Part shown: piece by piece, positions 9,549-19,773 of the stretch
How the letters are laid out: each line of letters opens with the position of its first letter
Numbering within the stretch: position 1 is the stretch's first letter
Source of the DNA: Alphaproteobacteria bacterium UBA7691
GTDB lineage: Bacteria > Pseudomonadota > Alphaproteobacteria > Ferrovibrionales > Ferrovibrionaceae
Reading direction: 5' to 3'
DNA: 64,000 nucleotides
Assembly (NCBI GenBank): GCA_002482765.1
Contig: DLGP01000096.1
Span: 11,212-75,211, forward strand
Notes under the pieces: model-generated
Database searches by the model: none
The model's input: only the letters and a program-made list of their open reading frames with translations
What the model was told of the DNA's origin: nothing
Program-made: the position numbers and the translations under genes

Positions 9549-10142
9549 ATGACCGACAGTATCGCCCGGCCGATTTTCAGCCTGCCCGCCGCCACCAGGC
9601 GGGCGGATGGTCGCTTTGATGTGGTGGTGGTCTATCTCGACATGACCACGCCACCGCCGGAAATGCCTAATCCGGCGCCGTTGCTGAATACCAAACTGGC
9701 GCTGCTCAAGCTGGATCAGCCCAGTGTGAGCTATTACCGCTATCTCTATGGCACAGTGGGCCGACCCTGGCATTGGGTGGAGCGGCACCGGCTTTCCGAT
9801 ACTGAACTGGCCGAGATCATCCACGACAAGGATGTGGAAATCTTTGTGCCTTATGTCGGCGGCGTGCCGGCCGGCTATGTCGAGTTTGACCGCCGCGAAA
9901 CTGCCGTGAATGAGCCGGGCGGCACCAATATCGCCTATTTTGGCCTGATGCCGGAAAGCATCGGCCGCGGTCTGGGCCGCTGGTTCCTGCGCTGGGCCGT
10001 GCAATACGCTTTTTCCAAGGGTATTCCGCGCCTTACGGTGAATACCTGCAACCTCGATCATCCTTCGGCGCTACCGCTCTACCAGAAGGTCGGCTTCCGG
10101 CCCTATCAGAGCCGCCAGGCCGTGTTTGACCCGACAATCTGA
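9549..10142 (+). CDS. GNAT family N-acetyltransferase
   Basis: YFGL.PE.IGRGLG, TC.LDHP.AL.LYQK.GF. Confidence 0.88.
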   Translation: MTDSIARPIFSLPAATRRADGRFDVVVVYLDMTTPPPEMPNPAPLLNTKLALLKLDQPSVSYYRYLYGTVGRPWHWVERHRLSDTELAEIIHDKDVEIFVPYVGGVPAGYVEFDRRETAVNEPGGTNIAYFGLMPESIGRGLGRWFLRWAVQYAFSKGIPRLTVNTCNLDHPSALPLYQKVGFRPYQSRQAVFDPTI

Positions 10143-10196
10143 GCCAAGGCCTCAGCCGCTGGCCTTGTGATAAGGCCGGCGGGGCGTAAATTCCGG

Positions 10197-10212
10197 TTAA
10201 CTCTTCATTAAC
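10197..10212 (+). promoter_or_regulatory. CtrA-binding box TTAA-N7-TTAAC
   Basis: TTAA-CTCTTCA-TTAAC, an exact consensus match. Confidence 0.7.
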
Positions 10213-10454
10213 CATAAGGCCACCGCCGCAAGGTAAGGTTAACGACTTCCGCCTGAAACAACGCCGAGTCGGAAAAAAGCCGCCGCCAATCACCCGAAGC
10301 GGGCCAGGTTGATAACCCGGCAGAGGCGAAACACAAAAAGCAATCTTCAGCATCATATTTGCAAATTAAAGCACTGAAATAATTATAGTATCTTACAGAA
10401 ATCGAGACCCTGTCCCGGCGCCATCAGGCAGTCCGAGATAAACCTTTGCGCCAG

Positions 10455-10470
10455 GTTAATAATAGGTTAA
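10455..10470 (-). promoter_or_regulatory. CtrA-binding box TTAA-N7-TTAAC (reverse orientation)
   Basis: Plus strand GTTAA-TAATAGG-TTAA. Confidence 0.7.
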
Positions 10471-10522
10471 TTTTATAATATTTACAGTTTACTAACCATG
10501 ATTCTTAACCTTAAGCATTGGG

Positions 10523-11008
10523 TCAGTTGGCGCCCGCCTCGGTTGGGGAATGCCAATCCAGCACCCGCCAGGCTTTTGCGCTGTCATCCCAGCCCAGTTG
10601 ATAGCGTGTGGCCGGCGCCGGCGTGGTGCGGCAAACCGGCTCGGCCTGGCTGAGCAAACCGCAATGCCGGCCGGCCACCGCCAGTTCCATACGCCGCTCG
10701 CCCAGCAGCCGCACCGCCTCCAGCCGCCAGCTCCACCAATAGGCCTGGCGTCTTTGCTCGGCGCCGAAGAGCATGGCCTGCGCCATGCCGGGCCAGACCG
10801 CACGGCACAAGGTTTCGTCCCGCCGGGCAAAACAGGCCAGCAGGGTTTCAACGGTGCAAAGTGGGGTCTGGTCGCAGGCCGGCTTTGCGGCAGGGCCGCC
10901 GATCAGGCGGTATTGGCCGGGTGGATCAGGCTGCGGCCGATCCGTGGCATGGCTGCCGCTGGCGGCAACCAACAACAGGAAAACAACGAGCGTCTGGCCA
11001 AATCGCAT
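10523..11008 (-). CDS. Hypothetical secreted Cys-containing protein
   Basis: Signal peptide, GGGAG RBS upstream, six Cys; no recognisable family. Confidence 0.7.
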   Translation of the reverse strand: MRFGQTLVVFLLLVAASGSHATDRPQPDPPGQYRLIGGPAAKPACDQTPLCTVETLLACFARRDETLCRAVWPGMAQAMLFGAEQRRQAYWWSWRLEAVRLLGERRMELAVAGRHCGLLSQAEPVCRTTPAPATRYQLGWDDSAKAWRVLDWHSPTEAGAN

Positions 11009-11068
11009 GGCTCCCTCCCGGCATGCTGCTGCCGGGAGGATAGCACAGAATGGCGCAGTAGAACCGGC

Positions 11069-11812
11069 TTAGTGCAGAATCTGACCCAGGAAGGTGCGGG
11101 TGCGTTCGTTCTGCGGATTGCCGAAGAATTCGTCCGGGGTGTTCTGCTCCACGATCTCGCCACGATCCATGAAGATCACCCGATGCGCCACCGCCTTGGC
11201 GAAGCCCATTTCATGGGTGACACAAAGCATGGTCATGCCGCCCTCTTCGGCCAGCCCGATCATCACATCCAGCACTTCCTTGACCATTTCCGGGTCCAGC
11301 GCCGAGGTCGGCTCGTCAAACAGCATGATCTTGGGATTCATGCACAGCGAGCGGGCAATGGCGACGCGCTGCTGCTGGCCGCCGGAAAGCTGGCCGGGGA
11401 ATTTCTTGGCCTGTTCCGGGATACGCACCCGTTCCAGATACTTCATCGCCGTGGCCTCGGCTTCGGCCTTGGGCTTTTTCAGCACCCAGATCGGCGCCAG
11501 GGTCAGGTTTTCCAGCACAGTGAGATGCGGGAACAGGTTGAAATGCTGGAACACCATGCCAACGTCCTTGCGGATCACCTCAATATTCTTGAGGTCGTTG
11601 GTCAGCTCCGTACCATCCACCAGAATCTGGCCCTGCTGGTGCTCCTCCAGCCGGTTGATGCAGCGGATCATGGTGGATTTGCCTGAGCCGGACGGGCCGC
11701 AGATCACGATACGCTCGCCCTTGGTGACCGACAGGTTGATATTGCGCAGCACATGGAACTGGCCATACCACTTGTTGACGTTACGCAATTCGATGGTGGA
11801 CTGGGTTGCCAT
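11069..11812 (-). CDS. aapP: General L-amino acid ABC transporter ATP-binding protein
   Basis: [27 protein letters not shown]. Confidence 0.95.
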   Translation of the reverse strand: MATQSTIELRNVNKWYGQFHVLRNINLSVTKGERIVICGPSGSGKSTMIRCINRLEEHQQGQILVDGTELTNDLKNIEVIRKDVGMVFQHFNLFPHLTVLENLTLAPIWVLKKPKAEAEATAMKYLERVRIPEQAKKFPGQLSGGQQQRVAIARSLCMNPKIMLFDEPTSALDPEMVKEVLDVMIGLAEEGGMTMLCVTHEMGFAKAVAHRVIFMDRGEIVEQNTPDEFFGNPQNERTRTFLGQILH

Positions 11813-11826
11813 TGGATCAAATCTCC

Positions 11827-12915
11827 TCAGCGCTTATGGCCGGTGGCAAGCCGGGCTTCCAGGCCCTGGCTGTATTTCGACATGGAGAAGCAAAAGGCGA
11901 AGTAGATCACCGAGACAAAGATATAGGCTTCAACCGAGAAGCCCTTCCATGCCGTGTCGGTGAGCGACGCCTTGGTGGCGTTCATCAGATCGAAGATGCC
12001 GATGATCACCACCAGCGAGGTATCCTTGAACACCGCGATGAACAGGCTGACCATTGGCGGGATCACGATCTTGAGCGCCTGCGGCAGGATGATGCGGCCC
12101 ATCTTGTTCCAGTAGCTCAGGCCCAAAGCATCGGCTGCCTCATACTGCCCCTTCGGGATTGCCTGCAAACCACCACGCACCACCTCGGCGATATAGGCCG
12201 CCGAGAACAGGATGATGGCGAGCTGGGCGCGCAGCAGCTTGTCGATGGTGATGCCTTCCGGGAAGAACAGCGGCAGCATGATCGACGACATGAACAGCAG
12301 CGAGATCAGCGGCACGCCACGGATCAGTTCGATATAGACCACGCAGAGGGTCTTGATCGCCGGCATCTTGGAGCGCCGGCCGAGCGCCAGCACGAGGCCG
12401 AAGGGAAAGGCGAAGCCGATGCCGAAGGTGGCCAGGATCAGGGTGAGCGGCAGCCCGCCCCAATTGGTGTTCTGCACATAGCTGAGGCCAAACACACCAC
12501 CCCACATCAGCACCGCGATAATGGTGAGGCCGCCAATCCAGATATAGAGCAGCTTCATGTTCCAGAAGCGCCGCATGCAACTGGCCACGATCAAGGCCGT
12601 GTTGATCGCCGCCGCCAGCAGCGGGCGCCACTGCTCGTCATAGGGATAGAGGCCGAACAGGATCAGCCGGTGCTTCTCAACAATGAAGGCCCAGCAGGCG
12701 CCGCCACTGCCGCGACAGGCTTCGGCGGTGGGCGCGGTCCATTTCGCCTTGATGAAGGCCCATTCGATGAAGCCAGGCAAGGTGAACAGGATCAGCAGTG
12801 CCGCCAGCACGGTGAGGATGATGTTGAGCGGCGAGGAGAGCAGCTTCTCCCGCACCCAGCCGACAATGCCGGTCTGGCCCGGGGGCGGTGCTAAGGTTTC
12901 GGTCATGGTCGCCAT
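11827..12915 (-). CDS. aapM: General L-amino acid ABC transporter permease
   Basis: [32 protein letters not shown]. Confidence 0.93.
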   Translation of the reverse strand: MATMTETLAPPPGQTGIVGWVREKLLSSPLNIILTVLAALLILFTLPGFIEWAFIKAKWTAPTAEACRGSGGACWAFIVEKHRLILFGLYPYDEQWRPLLAAAINTALIVASCMRRFWNMKLLYIWIGGLTIIAVLMWGGVFGLSYVQNTNWGGLPLTLILATFGIGFAFPFGLVLALGRRSKMPAIKTLCVVYIELIRGVPLISLLFMSSIMLPLFFPEGITIDKLLRAQLAIILFSAAYIAEVVRGGLQAIPKGQYEAADALGLSYWNKMGRIILPQALKIVIPPMVSLFIAVFKDTSLVVIIGIFDLMNATKASLTDTAWKGFSVEAYIFVSVIYFAFCFSMSKYSQGLEARLATGHKR

Positions 12916-12916
12916 G

Positions 12917-14107
12917 TCAGCGCTCCACCAAGGCGATATGCTTGTTGTACCAGTTCATGAACAGCGAGATCGACAGGCTGAAACTGAGATACACCCCCAT
13001 GATGATGAGAATGCCCTCAATCGCCTGGCCGGTCTGGTTCAGCGTGGTATTGGCAATCGACACGATATCGGGATAACCGATGGCGATGGCCAGCGAACTA
13101 TTCTTGGTGATGTTGAGATACTGGCTGGTCATCGGCGGCACGATGACGCGCAATGCCTGTGGCAGCACCACCAGGCGCAGCACCAGGCTGCGGCGCAGGC
13201 CCAGCGCCGAAGCGGCTTCCCATTGGCCGTAATACACCGCCTGGATGCCGGAGCGCACCACCTCGGCGATGAAGCCGCCGGTATAGATCACCAGGCCGGC
13301 CAGCAGGGCGGCATATTCCGGCGACAACGTGGCACCGCCGGAGAAGTTGAAGCCCTTGAGTTCCGGGATATCCAGTTCCATCGGCGCGCCGCCGAGCAAC
13401 CAGCCCAGGATCGGCAGGCCGATGATCAGGCCGAGACTGACACGGATCAGCGGAAAGGACTGACCGGTGGCATCCTGGCGCTTCTTGGCCCAATTCGCCA
13501 CCAGCACCGCCAGAACAATGGCGAGCAGAAAGCCGAAGGCCGCCAGGTCATAGGCGAAATGATCGGTGGGGGCCGGCACCTTCACGCCGCGATTGGAGAT
13601 GAACACGCCTGGCAGCGGATTCAGCGCCTGGCGCGGGCCGGGCGCGAGTTCGGTGATCAGCGCATACCAGAAGAAAAGTTGCAGCAGCAGCGGGATGTTG
13701 CGCACCACCTCAACATAAACCGAGGCGATCTTGGCGATCAGCCAGTTCTTGGAGAGGCGCGCGATACCCATGATGGTGCCGAGCAGGGTGGCCAGGATGA
13801 TGCCCACCACGGCAACCCGCAATGTATTAAGCAGGCCAACCAGGATGGCGCGGGCATAAGTGTTTTCCGGGCCGAAATAGATCGGGCTTTCGCCGATGGC
13901 GAAGCCGGCTTCCTGTGCCAGAAAGCCAAAGCCTGACGCGATCTTGCGCGTCTCCAGATTATGCAGCGTGTTGCTGACCAGATACCAGATGCCAAGGCCA
14001 ACCAGCCCCAAAGCGACAACCTGATAAACGACGGCACGAACCGTCGGGTCGTTCCAGCTCAGGCGACGCTTAGGCGGTGCCGAGCCAGTGATCCCCGTAT
14101 GAGCCAT
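12917..14107 (-). CDS. aapQ: General L-amino acid ABC transporter permease
   Basis: GFGFL, VGLLNTL, RNIPLLLQL, KNSSLAIAIGYPD. Confidence 0.93.
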   Translation of the reverse strand: MAHTGITGSAPPKRRLSWNDPTVRAVVYQVVALGLVGLGIWYLVSNTLHNLETRKIASGFGFLAQEAGFAIGESPIYFGPENTYARAILVGLLNTLRVAVVGIILATLLGTIMGIARLSKNWLIAKIASVYVEVVRNIPLLLQLFFWYALITELAPGPRQALNPLPGVFISNRGVKVPAPTDHFAYDLAAFGFLLAIVLAVLVANWAKKRQDATGQSFPLIRVSLGLIIGLPILGWLLGGAPMELDIPELKGFNFSGGATLSPEYAALLAGLVIYTGGFIAEVVRSGIQAVYYGQWEAASALGLRRSLVLRLVVLPQALRVIVPPMTSQYLNITKNSSLAIAIGYPDIVSIANTTLNQTGQAIEGILIIMGVYLSFSLSISLFMNWYNKHIALVER

Positions 14108-14240
14108 GTGCCCCCCATGGCTAGATGTTGCACTTCCCGGCCGCCGAAAACAGCCGGACTACCTTGATACGCAAACGGCCTGGGAGAGTCCCTGCCCCCA
14201 GGCCGCCGCGTTTACGCTATGGCTTTAACGGCCACCTGGC

Positions 14241-15263
14241 TCAACGGATCGGCCAAGCATACATCAGGCCACCCTTGGTCCACAGTTCGTTCGGGCCGCG
14301 ATCCAGCTTGAGGGCGCTGCCCTTGCCGACGTTACGCTCGAAGCTTTCGCCGTAATTGCCGACCTGCTTGATGATGTTGTAGGCCCACTTCTCGTCAACG
14401 CCGAGCGCCTTGCCCATGCCCGGGGTGGCACCCAGGATGCGCTTCACGTTCGGATCCGTGGAAGAAGCCATCATCTGATCAACATTGGCCGAGGTGATGC
14501 CGTATTCCTCGCCTTCAACCATGGCGAAGAGCGACCAGCGCACCAGATCCATCCACTGGTCGTCGCCATGACGCACCATCGGGCCGAGCGGCTCCTTGGA
14601 GATCACTTCCGGCAGCAGGATATGCTCTTCCGGCTTCGGGGTCTGGGTGGCACGCACCGAGGCAAGCTGCGAACGATCCGTGGTGAACACGTCGCAACGA
14701 CCCGACACATAAGCGCCGACAACTTCATCCTGCTTCTCGATCACCACCGGCTTGAAGCTGAGCTTGTTGGCGCGGAAATAATCGGCAAGGTTCAGTTCGG
14801 TGGTGGTGCCCGGCTGCACGCAGACGGTGGCGCCGTTCAGTTCCTTGGCGCTCTTCACGCCCAGCTTGACCGGCACCATGAAGCCCTGGCCGTCATAGAA
14901 ATTGACGGCAACGGCATTCAGGCCCAGCGCGGTGTCGCGCTGCAAGGTCAGCGTGGTGTTGCGGGTCAGCACGTCGATTTCACCCGACTGCAAAGCCGTG
15001 AAACGCTGCACCGGGGTGAGCGCCACCACTTCATGCTTGCTGGCATCGCCGAACAAAGCCGCCGCGATCGAGCGGCACACGTCCACGTCGATACCCGACC
15101 ACTTGCCCTGGCTGTCCGGCGCGCTGAAGCCGGAAACGCCGGTGGACACGCCGCACATCACCTTGCCGCGCGCCTTGACCGCATCCAGCGTCGCGCCCGC
15201 CTGGGCGCCCTGGGCCGCCAGCACGAGTACCGCAGCAGCAGCGGCCGATTTCAGAAATTGCAT
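14241..15263 (-). CDS. aapJ: General L-amino acid ABC transporter substrate-binding protein
   Basis: TLDAVKARG, FYDGQGF, ISKEPLGP, VGNYGE.FERN. Confidence 0.93.
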   Translation of the reverse strand: MQFLKSAAAAAVLVLAAQGAQAGATLDAVKARGKVMCGVSTGVSGFSAPDSQGKWSGIDVDVCRSIAAALFGDASKHEVVALTPVQRFTALQSGEIDVLTRNTTLTLQRDTALGLNAVAVNFYDGQGFMVPVKLGVKSAKELNGATVCVQPGTTTELNLADYFRANKLSFKPVVIEKQDEVVGAYVSGRCDVFTTDRSQLASVRATQTPKPEEHILLPEVISKEPLGPMVRHGDDQWMDLVRWSLFAMVEGEEYGITSANVDQMMASSTDPNVKRILGATPGMGKALGVDEKWAYNIIKQVGNYGESFERNVGKGSALKLDRGPNELWTKGGLMYAWPIR

Positions 15264-15557
15264 GGGTTATCCCCTTCCCTGTTTTGAACAAACCATTCGT
15301 CGGTTGTGGATTTGGTTCCCTCAAACCCTGTGCGTAAACTATCACGTTTGCACAAACCCCGACAACCCAGCCTAATCCACGGTCAACGCACCGTGCAATC
15401 TTTCCAGGCTGCCATGTTCGTTAGCAGTTTTTGTACCAAGTGCAGAATCCGCTGATTTTGCGGCGCACAATAAGCAAGGGGGCGAACTTGCTGCCCGCCC
15501 CTGCCCATATCAACCGCATTTGCCCGTTAATCCGGCAAAGGACGCAAACGGATCATT

Positions 15558-16589
15558 TTAGCGGATCGGCCAGGCGTAAATCAGGCCGCCCTTGGTCCAC
15601 AGCGCGTTGACGCCACGCTCCAGCTTCATACCGCTGCCCTTGCCAACATTGCGCTCGAAGCTGTCGCCGTAATTGCCGACCTGCTTGACGATATTGTAGG
15701 CCCATTTCTCGTCAACACCGAGTGCCTTACCCATGCCCGGGGTGACGCCAAGCAGGCGTTTCACATTCGGATCATTCGATTTCAGCATCTCGTCGACATT
15801 CGCCATGGTGACGCCGTATTCCTCGGCCTCGATCATGGCAAACAGCGCCCAGCGCACCAGATCCTGCCACTGATCATCGCCATGGCGCACATACGGCCCC
15901 AGCGGCTCCTTGGAGATCACTTCCGGCAGGATCACATAATCATCCGGATTGGCGCTGCGCAGCGACCGCGCCGAGGCAAGCTGCGAGGTATCCGAAGTAT
16001 AGACATCGCAACGGCCGGCGAAGAAGGCCGCCACCAATTCATCCAGCTTCTCGAACACCACCGGCTTGAGGTCCAGCTTGTTGGCGCGGAAATAATCGGC
16101 CAGGTTCAGCTCAGTGGTGGAACCGGATTGCACACAGACGCTGGCGCCGCTGAGCTGCTTGGCGCTTTTCACCCCCAGCTTGACCGGCACCAGAAAGCCC
16201 TGGCCGTCATAGAAGGTGACACCGGTGGGGTTGAGGCCGATGGCGGCATCACGCTGCAAGGTCAGCGTGGTATTGCGTGACAGCACGTCGATTTCGCCGC
16301 TCTGCAAGGCGGTCAGGCGCGCCTGCGAGGAAAGCGGCACATACTGCACCTTGCTGGCATCGCCAAACAAAGCCGCCGCAACGGCGCGGCACACATCCAC
16401 GTCGATGCCCTTCCACTCGCCCTTGCTATCCGGCGCGCTGAACCCGCCCAGCGACGTGTTGACGCCGCAATGCAGCACACCACGCGCCTTCACGGCATCA
16501 AAGGTGGCGCCGGCCTGGGCAACAAGCGGCGTCAGCAGCATAGCTGCGGTCAGCGCCAATGTTTTGAGAGTATTCATGGTCCCCGCCAT
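15558..16589 (-). CDS. aapJ: Second AapJ-like amino acid-binding protein (tandem paralogue; start may be 16577)
   Basis: Same motifs as 14241..15263 with long near-identical stretches (GMGKALGVDEKWAYNI, YAWPIR). Confidence 0.9.
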   Translation of the reverse strand: MAGTMNTLKTLALTAAMLLTPLVAQAGATFDAVKARGVLHCGVNTSLGGFSAPDSKGEWKGIDVDVCRAVAAALFGDASKVQYVPLSSQARLTALQSGEIDVLSRNTTLTLQRDAAIGLNPTGVTFYDGQGFLVPVKLGVKSAKQLSGASVCVQSGSTTELNLADYFRANKLDLKPVVFEKLDELVAAFFAGRCDVYTSDTSQLASARSLRSANPDDYVILPEVISKEPLGPYVRHGDDQWQDLVRWALFAMIEAEEYGVTMANVDEMLKSNDPNVKRLLGVTPGMGKALGVDEKWAYNIVKQVGNYGDSFERNVGKGSGMKLERGVNALWTKGGLIYAWPIR

Positions 16590-16634
16590 TTTGTGACAAT
16601 TTTATGACACAGCCACTCTGGCGCCTGCCCCGGC

Positions 16635-17078
16635 CTAATGCAAGAGCGCATCAGCCAGCCCCAGCAGCACGGCATAACGCGCCGTTTTGGCCAGCGCCAC
16701 GATGGGCAGGAAACGCCAGAACGGATAGTGCAGCAGGCCGGCCGCCAGGGTGAGCGGATCGCCGATCACCGGCAGCCAGGATAACAGCAGGCTCCAGCCG
16801 CCGAAGCGCTGAAACCGCAATGCGGCCTTGTCAAGTTGCGCCGGCCCGACCGGAAACCAGCGCCGATGCTGAAAATGCAGCAGGTAGCGCCCGAGCAGCC
16901 AGTTCAGGCATGACCCGAGTGTATTGCCGCTGCTGGCGACCAGCAGCAGCAGCCAGAGCGGCGCCAGCCCGGCCTGCTGCGCTGCCAGCACGGCAGGCTC
17001 GGATGGCACCGGCACAATGCTGGCTGCCAGCAAAGCCCAGCCAAAAATGCCGGCCAGCGACAGCGCCGTATCGGTCAC
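16635..17078 (-). CDS. YqaA/DedA (VTT domain) membrane protein
   Basis: P.PSE, GNTLG, LLSWLPVIGDPL, K.ARY. Confidence 0.88.
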   Translation of the reverse strand: MTDTALSLAGIFGWALLAASIVPVPSEPAVLAAQQAGLAPLWLLLLVASSGNTLGSCLNWLLGRYLLHFQHRRWFPVGPAQLDKAALRFQRFGGWSLLLSWLPVIGDPLTLAAGLLHYPFWRFLPIVALAKTARYAVLLGLADALLH

Positions 17079-17092
17079 ACCTCAACCGCCGC

Positions 17093-18484
17093 TTATTGCA
17101 GCGGCGAGCCTTCACCCAGATCCCACAACAGGCCAGCCATCATCGCCAGCCCTTCGCGCATCACCGGCAGCAGCACATGCTCGTTGGGCGCATGCTGCGA
17201 ACAGGCGGCATAGGAATGCGGCACCCAGACAGTAGGCAGCCCAAGGGTTTCCGAGAACACGTCATTCGGCAGCGAGCCGCCAAGATTGGGCAGCAAAGCC
17301 GGCTTCACGCCGGTGGTGCGCGCCACCGAAGCCACCGCCCATTTGACATAAGAATGTTCGGGATCAAGCCGCGTGGCGCGGAAATATTCGGTGCGCGCCA
17401 GATCAACCTGCACCACACCCAGGCCCTGGCGCTGCAAATGGCGGCGCAAGGCGGGCAGGAATTGCTGCGGATCGGTGCCGACGACAAAACGAATCTGGCA
17501 ATGCGCCGTCGCCTTGCCAGGGATGGCATTGACCGGGGCTTCCGGATTGCCGGTCTTGAACGCCAGCACATCGAAGCTGCACCAGCCATAAACCCGCTCC
17601 GGCGGCGTCAAGCCCGGCTCGCCCCACCAGGCATCCACGGCGGGGCCGTCGCTGCCGCCGCCCACAGTGCAATCGGCCAGGGCGGCACGCACCGAAGCCG
17701 GCAATTCCGCCGGCACCCATTCCGGGATACGAATCTGCCCGGTGGGCGAAGCAATCGACGCGATGGCATGCGACAGGATGATGCCCGGATCGGCCAGCAG
17801 GCCGCCCCAATTGCCGGAATGATGCGCGCCATTACGCAGATCGACGGTGAGGTCAAAATTCATCGCGCCGCGCGAGCCGCAATACAGCGTCGGCCGCTCG
17901 GGCGACAGGCGCGGGCCGTCGGAAGCCAGGAACAGGTCGGCGCCCCAGCTTTCGCGCTGCTGCTTGCAGAAAGCATCCAGGCCGGGCGAGCCAACTTCCT
18001 CGCCGGTTTCCAGCAGCAGCACCACGTTAAAGCCCAGCTTGCCGCCGCGCGCCTGCAACACCGCCGCCAGCGCGGCGATATTCACGGTATGCTGGCCCTT
18101 GTTGTCGGCTGTGCCGCGGCCATAAAGCTTTTCGCCTTCCTGCACAATCTGCCAGGGCGACAGGCCGCTGCGCCATTGCGCATCCTGGCCGCGAATCACA
18201 TCGCCATGACCATAGGAGAATAGTGTGTGCCTGGCGCCCGGCTCGCGCCGCGTCGCCACCAGGAACGGGCCGCCATTGGGCGCCGGATTGGGGTGGATTT
18301 CACAGGTAAAGCCCAGTGCCTCCAGGCTGCCGCGCATCTCTTTTTCAAGATAATCGCCCAGCACCGCCCGGCGGTCGGGATTCTGGCTTTCGGTGGGAAT
18401 CGCCACCCGGCGGGCCAGATCGGCGGTGAAACCGCCCTGGTCAAGATAGTCGGTGGCGGCACGGATAGCGGTTTCACGGCTCAT
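17093..18484 (-). CDS. M20 family metallopeptidase/amidohydrolase
   Basis: YGHGDV, GRGTADNKGQH, GEEVGS, HSGNWGG, QHAPNE. Confidence 0.9.
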   Translation of the reverse strand: MSRETAIRAATDYLDQGGFTADLARRVAIPTESQNPDRRAVLGDYLEKEMRGSLEALGFTCEIHPNPAPNGGPFLVATRREPGARHTLFSYGHGDVIRGQDAQWRSGLSPWQIVQEGEKLYGRGTADNKGQHTVNIAALAAVLQARGGKLGFNVVLLLETGEEVGSPGLDAFCKQQRESWGADLFLASDGPRLSPERPTLYCGSRGAMNFDLTVDLRNGAHHSGNWGGLLADPGIILSHAIASIASPTGQIRIPEWVPAELPASVRAALADCTVGGGSDGPAVDAWWGEPGLTPPERVYGWCSFDVLAFKTGNPEAPVNAIPGKATAHCQIRFVVGTDPQQFLPALRRHLQRQGLGVVQVDLARTEYFRATRLDPEHSYVKWAVASVARTTGVKPALLPNLGGSLPNDVFSETLGLPTVWVPHSYAACSQHAPNEHVLLPVMREGLAMMAGLLWDLGEGSPLQ

Positions 18485-18587
18485 GTCGGGGCTCCCTGGC
18501 AATTATTCTCATACATACAACTCCGGCCTCAGGCTGGAAAGCGCCGGCCGGCTTTGCGATAGTCGGCGGCCTCACTGGAGTTCAGCC

Positions 18588-19766
18588 ATGCAAGACGAAA
18601 CCAAGCTCGCCACCCTGGGCCGCGATCCCGAAGGCCATCATGGCGCGGTGAATATCCCGGTCTATCGCGCCTCCACCATCCTGCAACCCGATCTGAAAAC
18701 CCTGAAGCAGGTGCAGGCGGCGCGTGAACGCGACGAGCAGGTGGTGTCCTATGGCCGTATCGGCACGCCGCTGACCTATGCGTTTGAGAATACCCTGGCC
18801 GAACTGGAAGGCGGCTATCGCGCCATGGGCTTCCCCTCGGGTGCCGCCGCCTGTTCCGGCGCGCTGCTGGCGGTGCTGAAAGCCGGCGACCACCTGCTGA
18901 TGGTGGATACCACCTACGGCCCGACCCGGCATTTCTGCGACACGGTGCTGAAACGCTTCGGTGTTGAAACCACCTATTACGACCCCACCATCGGCACCGG
19001 CGTGGCCGCGCTGTTCCGCTCCAATACCCGGGCGATCTTCACCGAAAGCCCTGGCTCGCTCACTTTCGAGGTGCAGGATATTCCGGCCATCGCCGAGATT
19101 GCCCATAAGCATGGCGCCAAGCTGCTGCTCGACAATACCTGGGGCACACCGCTTTATTTCAAGAGCTTCCAGCATGGCGTTGATCTGTCGATCCATTCCG
19201 CCACCAAATATATCGTCGGCCATTCCGATGCCCAGCTTGGCATCGTGATCGCCACCAAGGAAAGCTGGCCGGATTTGCGCGACAGCACACGCGCCATCGG
19301 CACCGCTGCCGGGCCGGACGAGGTTTTCCTCGGCCTGCGTGGCCTGCGCACCATGGCGGTGCGGCTGGAGCGCCACATGCGCAGCGCCATCGAGATTGCG
19401 CATTGGCTGCGCAGCCGGCCGGAAGTGGCGGCGGTGTATCACCCGGCCTTGCCGCAAGACCCGGGCCATACCCTGTGGCGCCGCGATTTCCTAGGCGCCT
19501 GCGGCCTGTTCGCCTTTGAACTGAAGCAGAGCTTCAACGAAACCCAGGTGGCGGCTTTTGTCGACGATCTGGAATTATTCGGCATCGGCTATTCCTGGGG
19601 CGGCTTTGAAAGCTTGGTGACCCTGGCCATGCCGCATCGCCTGCGCACCGCCAATCCCTGGACCGGGCATGGCGCGCTGCTGCGCCTGCATATCGGCCTG
19701 GAGGCAGTGGATGACCTGCGCGACGACCTCAAGGCTGGCTTCGAGCGGCTGAACAAGGCCGGCTGA
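18588..19766 (+). CDS. metC: Cystathionine beta-lyase
   Basis: VN.PVYRAST, ESPGSLTFE, DNTW, SATKYIVGHSD, GYSWGGFES. Confidence 0.92.
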   Translation: MQDETKLATLGRDPEGHHGAVNIPVYRASTILQPDLKTLKQVQAARERDEQVVSYGRIGTPLTYAFENTLAELEGGYRAMGFPSGAAACSGALLAVLKAGDHLLMVDTTYGPTRHFCDTVLKRFGVETTYYDPTIGTGVAALFRSNTRAIFTESPGSLTFEVQDIPAIAEIAHKHGAKLLLDNTWGTPLYFKSFQHGVDLSIHSATKYIVGHSDAQLGIVIATKESWPDLRDSTRAIGTAAGPDEVFLGLRGLRTMAVRLERHMRSAIEIAHWLRSRPEVAAVYHPALPQDPGHTLWRRDFLGACGLFAFELKQSFNETQVAAFVDDLELFGIGYSWGGFESLVTLAMPHRLRTANPWTGHGALLRLHIGLEAVDDLRDDLKAGFERLNKAG

Positions 19767-19773
19767 GCCAGGC

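Noticed and set aside
10033-10356. 107-aa minus-strand ORF in the CtrA-box gap
   Set aside because: No RBS, atypical composition, overlaps the GNAT 3' end; not called, though a small protein cannot be excluded
10143-10522. Chromosomal origin (Cori-like) interpretation
   Set aside because: No clear DnaA boxes and no hemE/dnaA/parAB context in the window
14172-14215. GC hairpin between aapJ and aapQ
   Set aside because: Ordinary intra-operon stabiliser or attenuator after a substrate-binding protein gene
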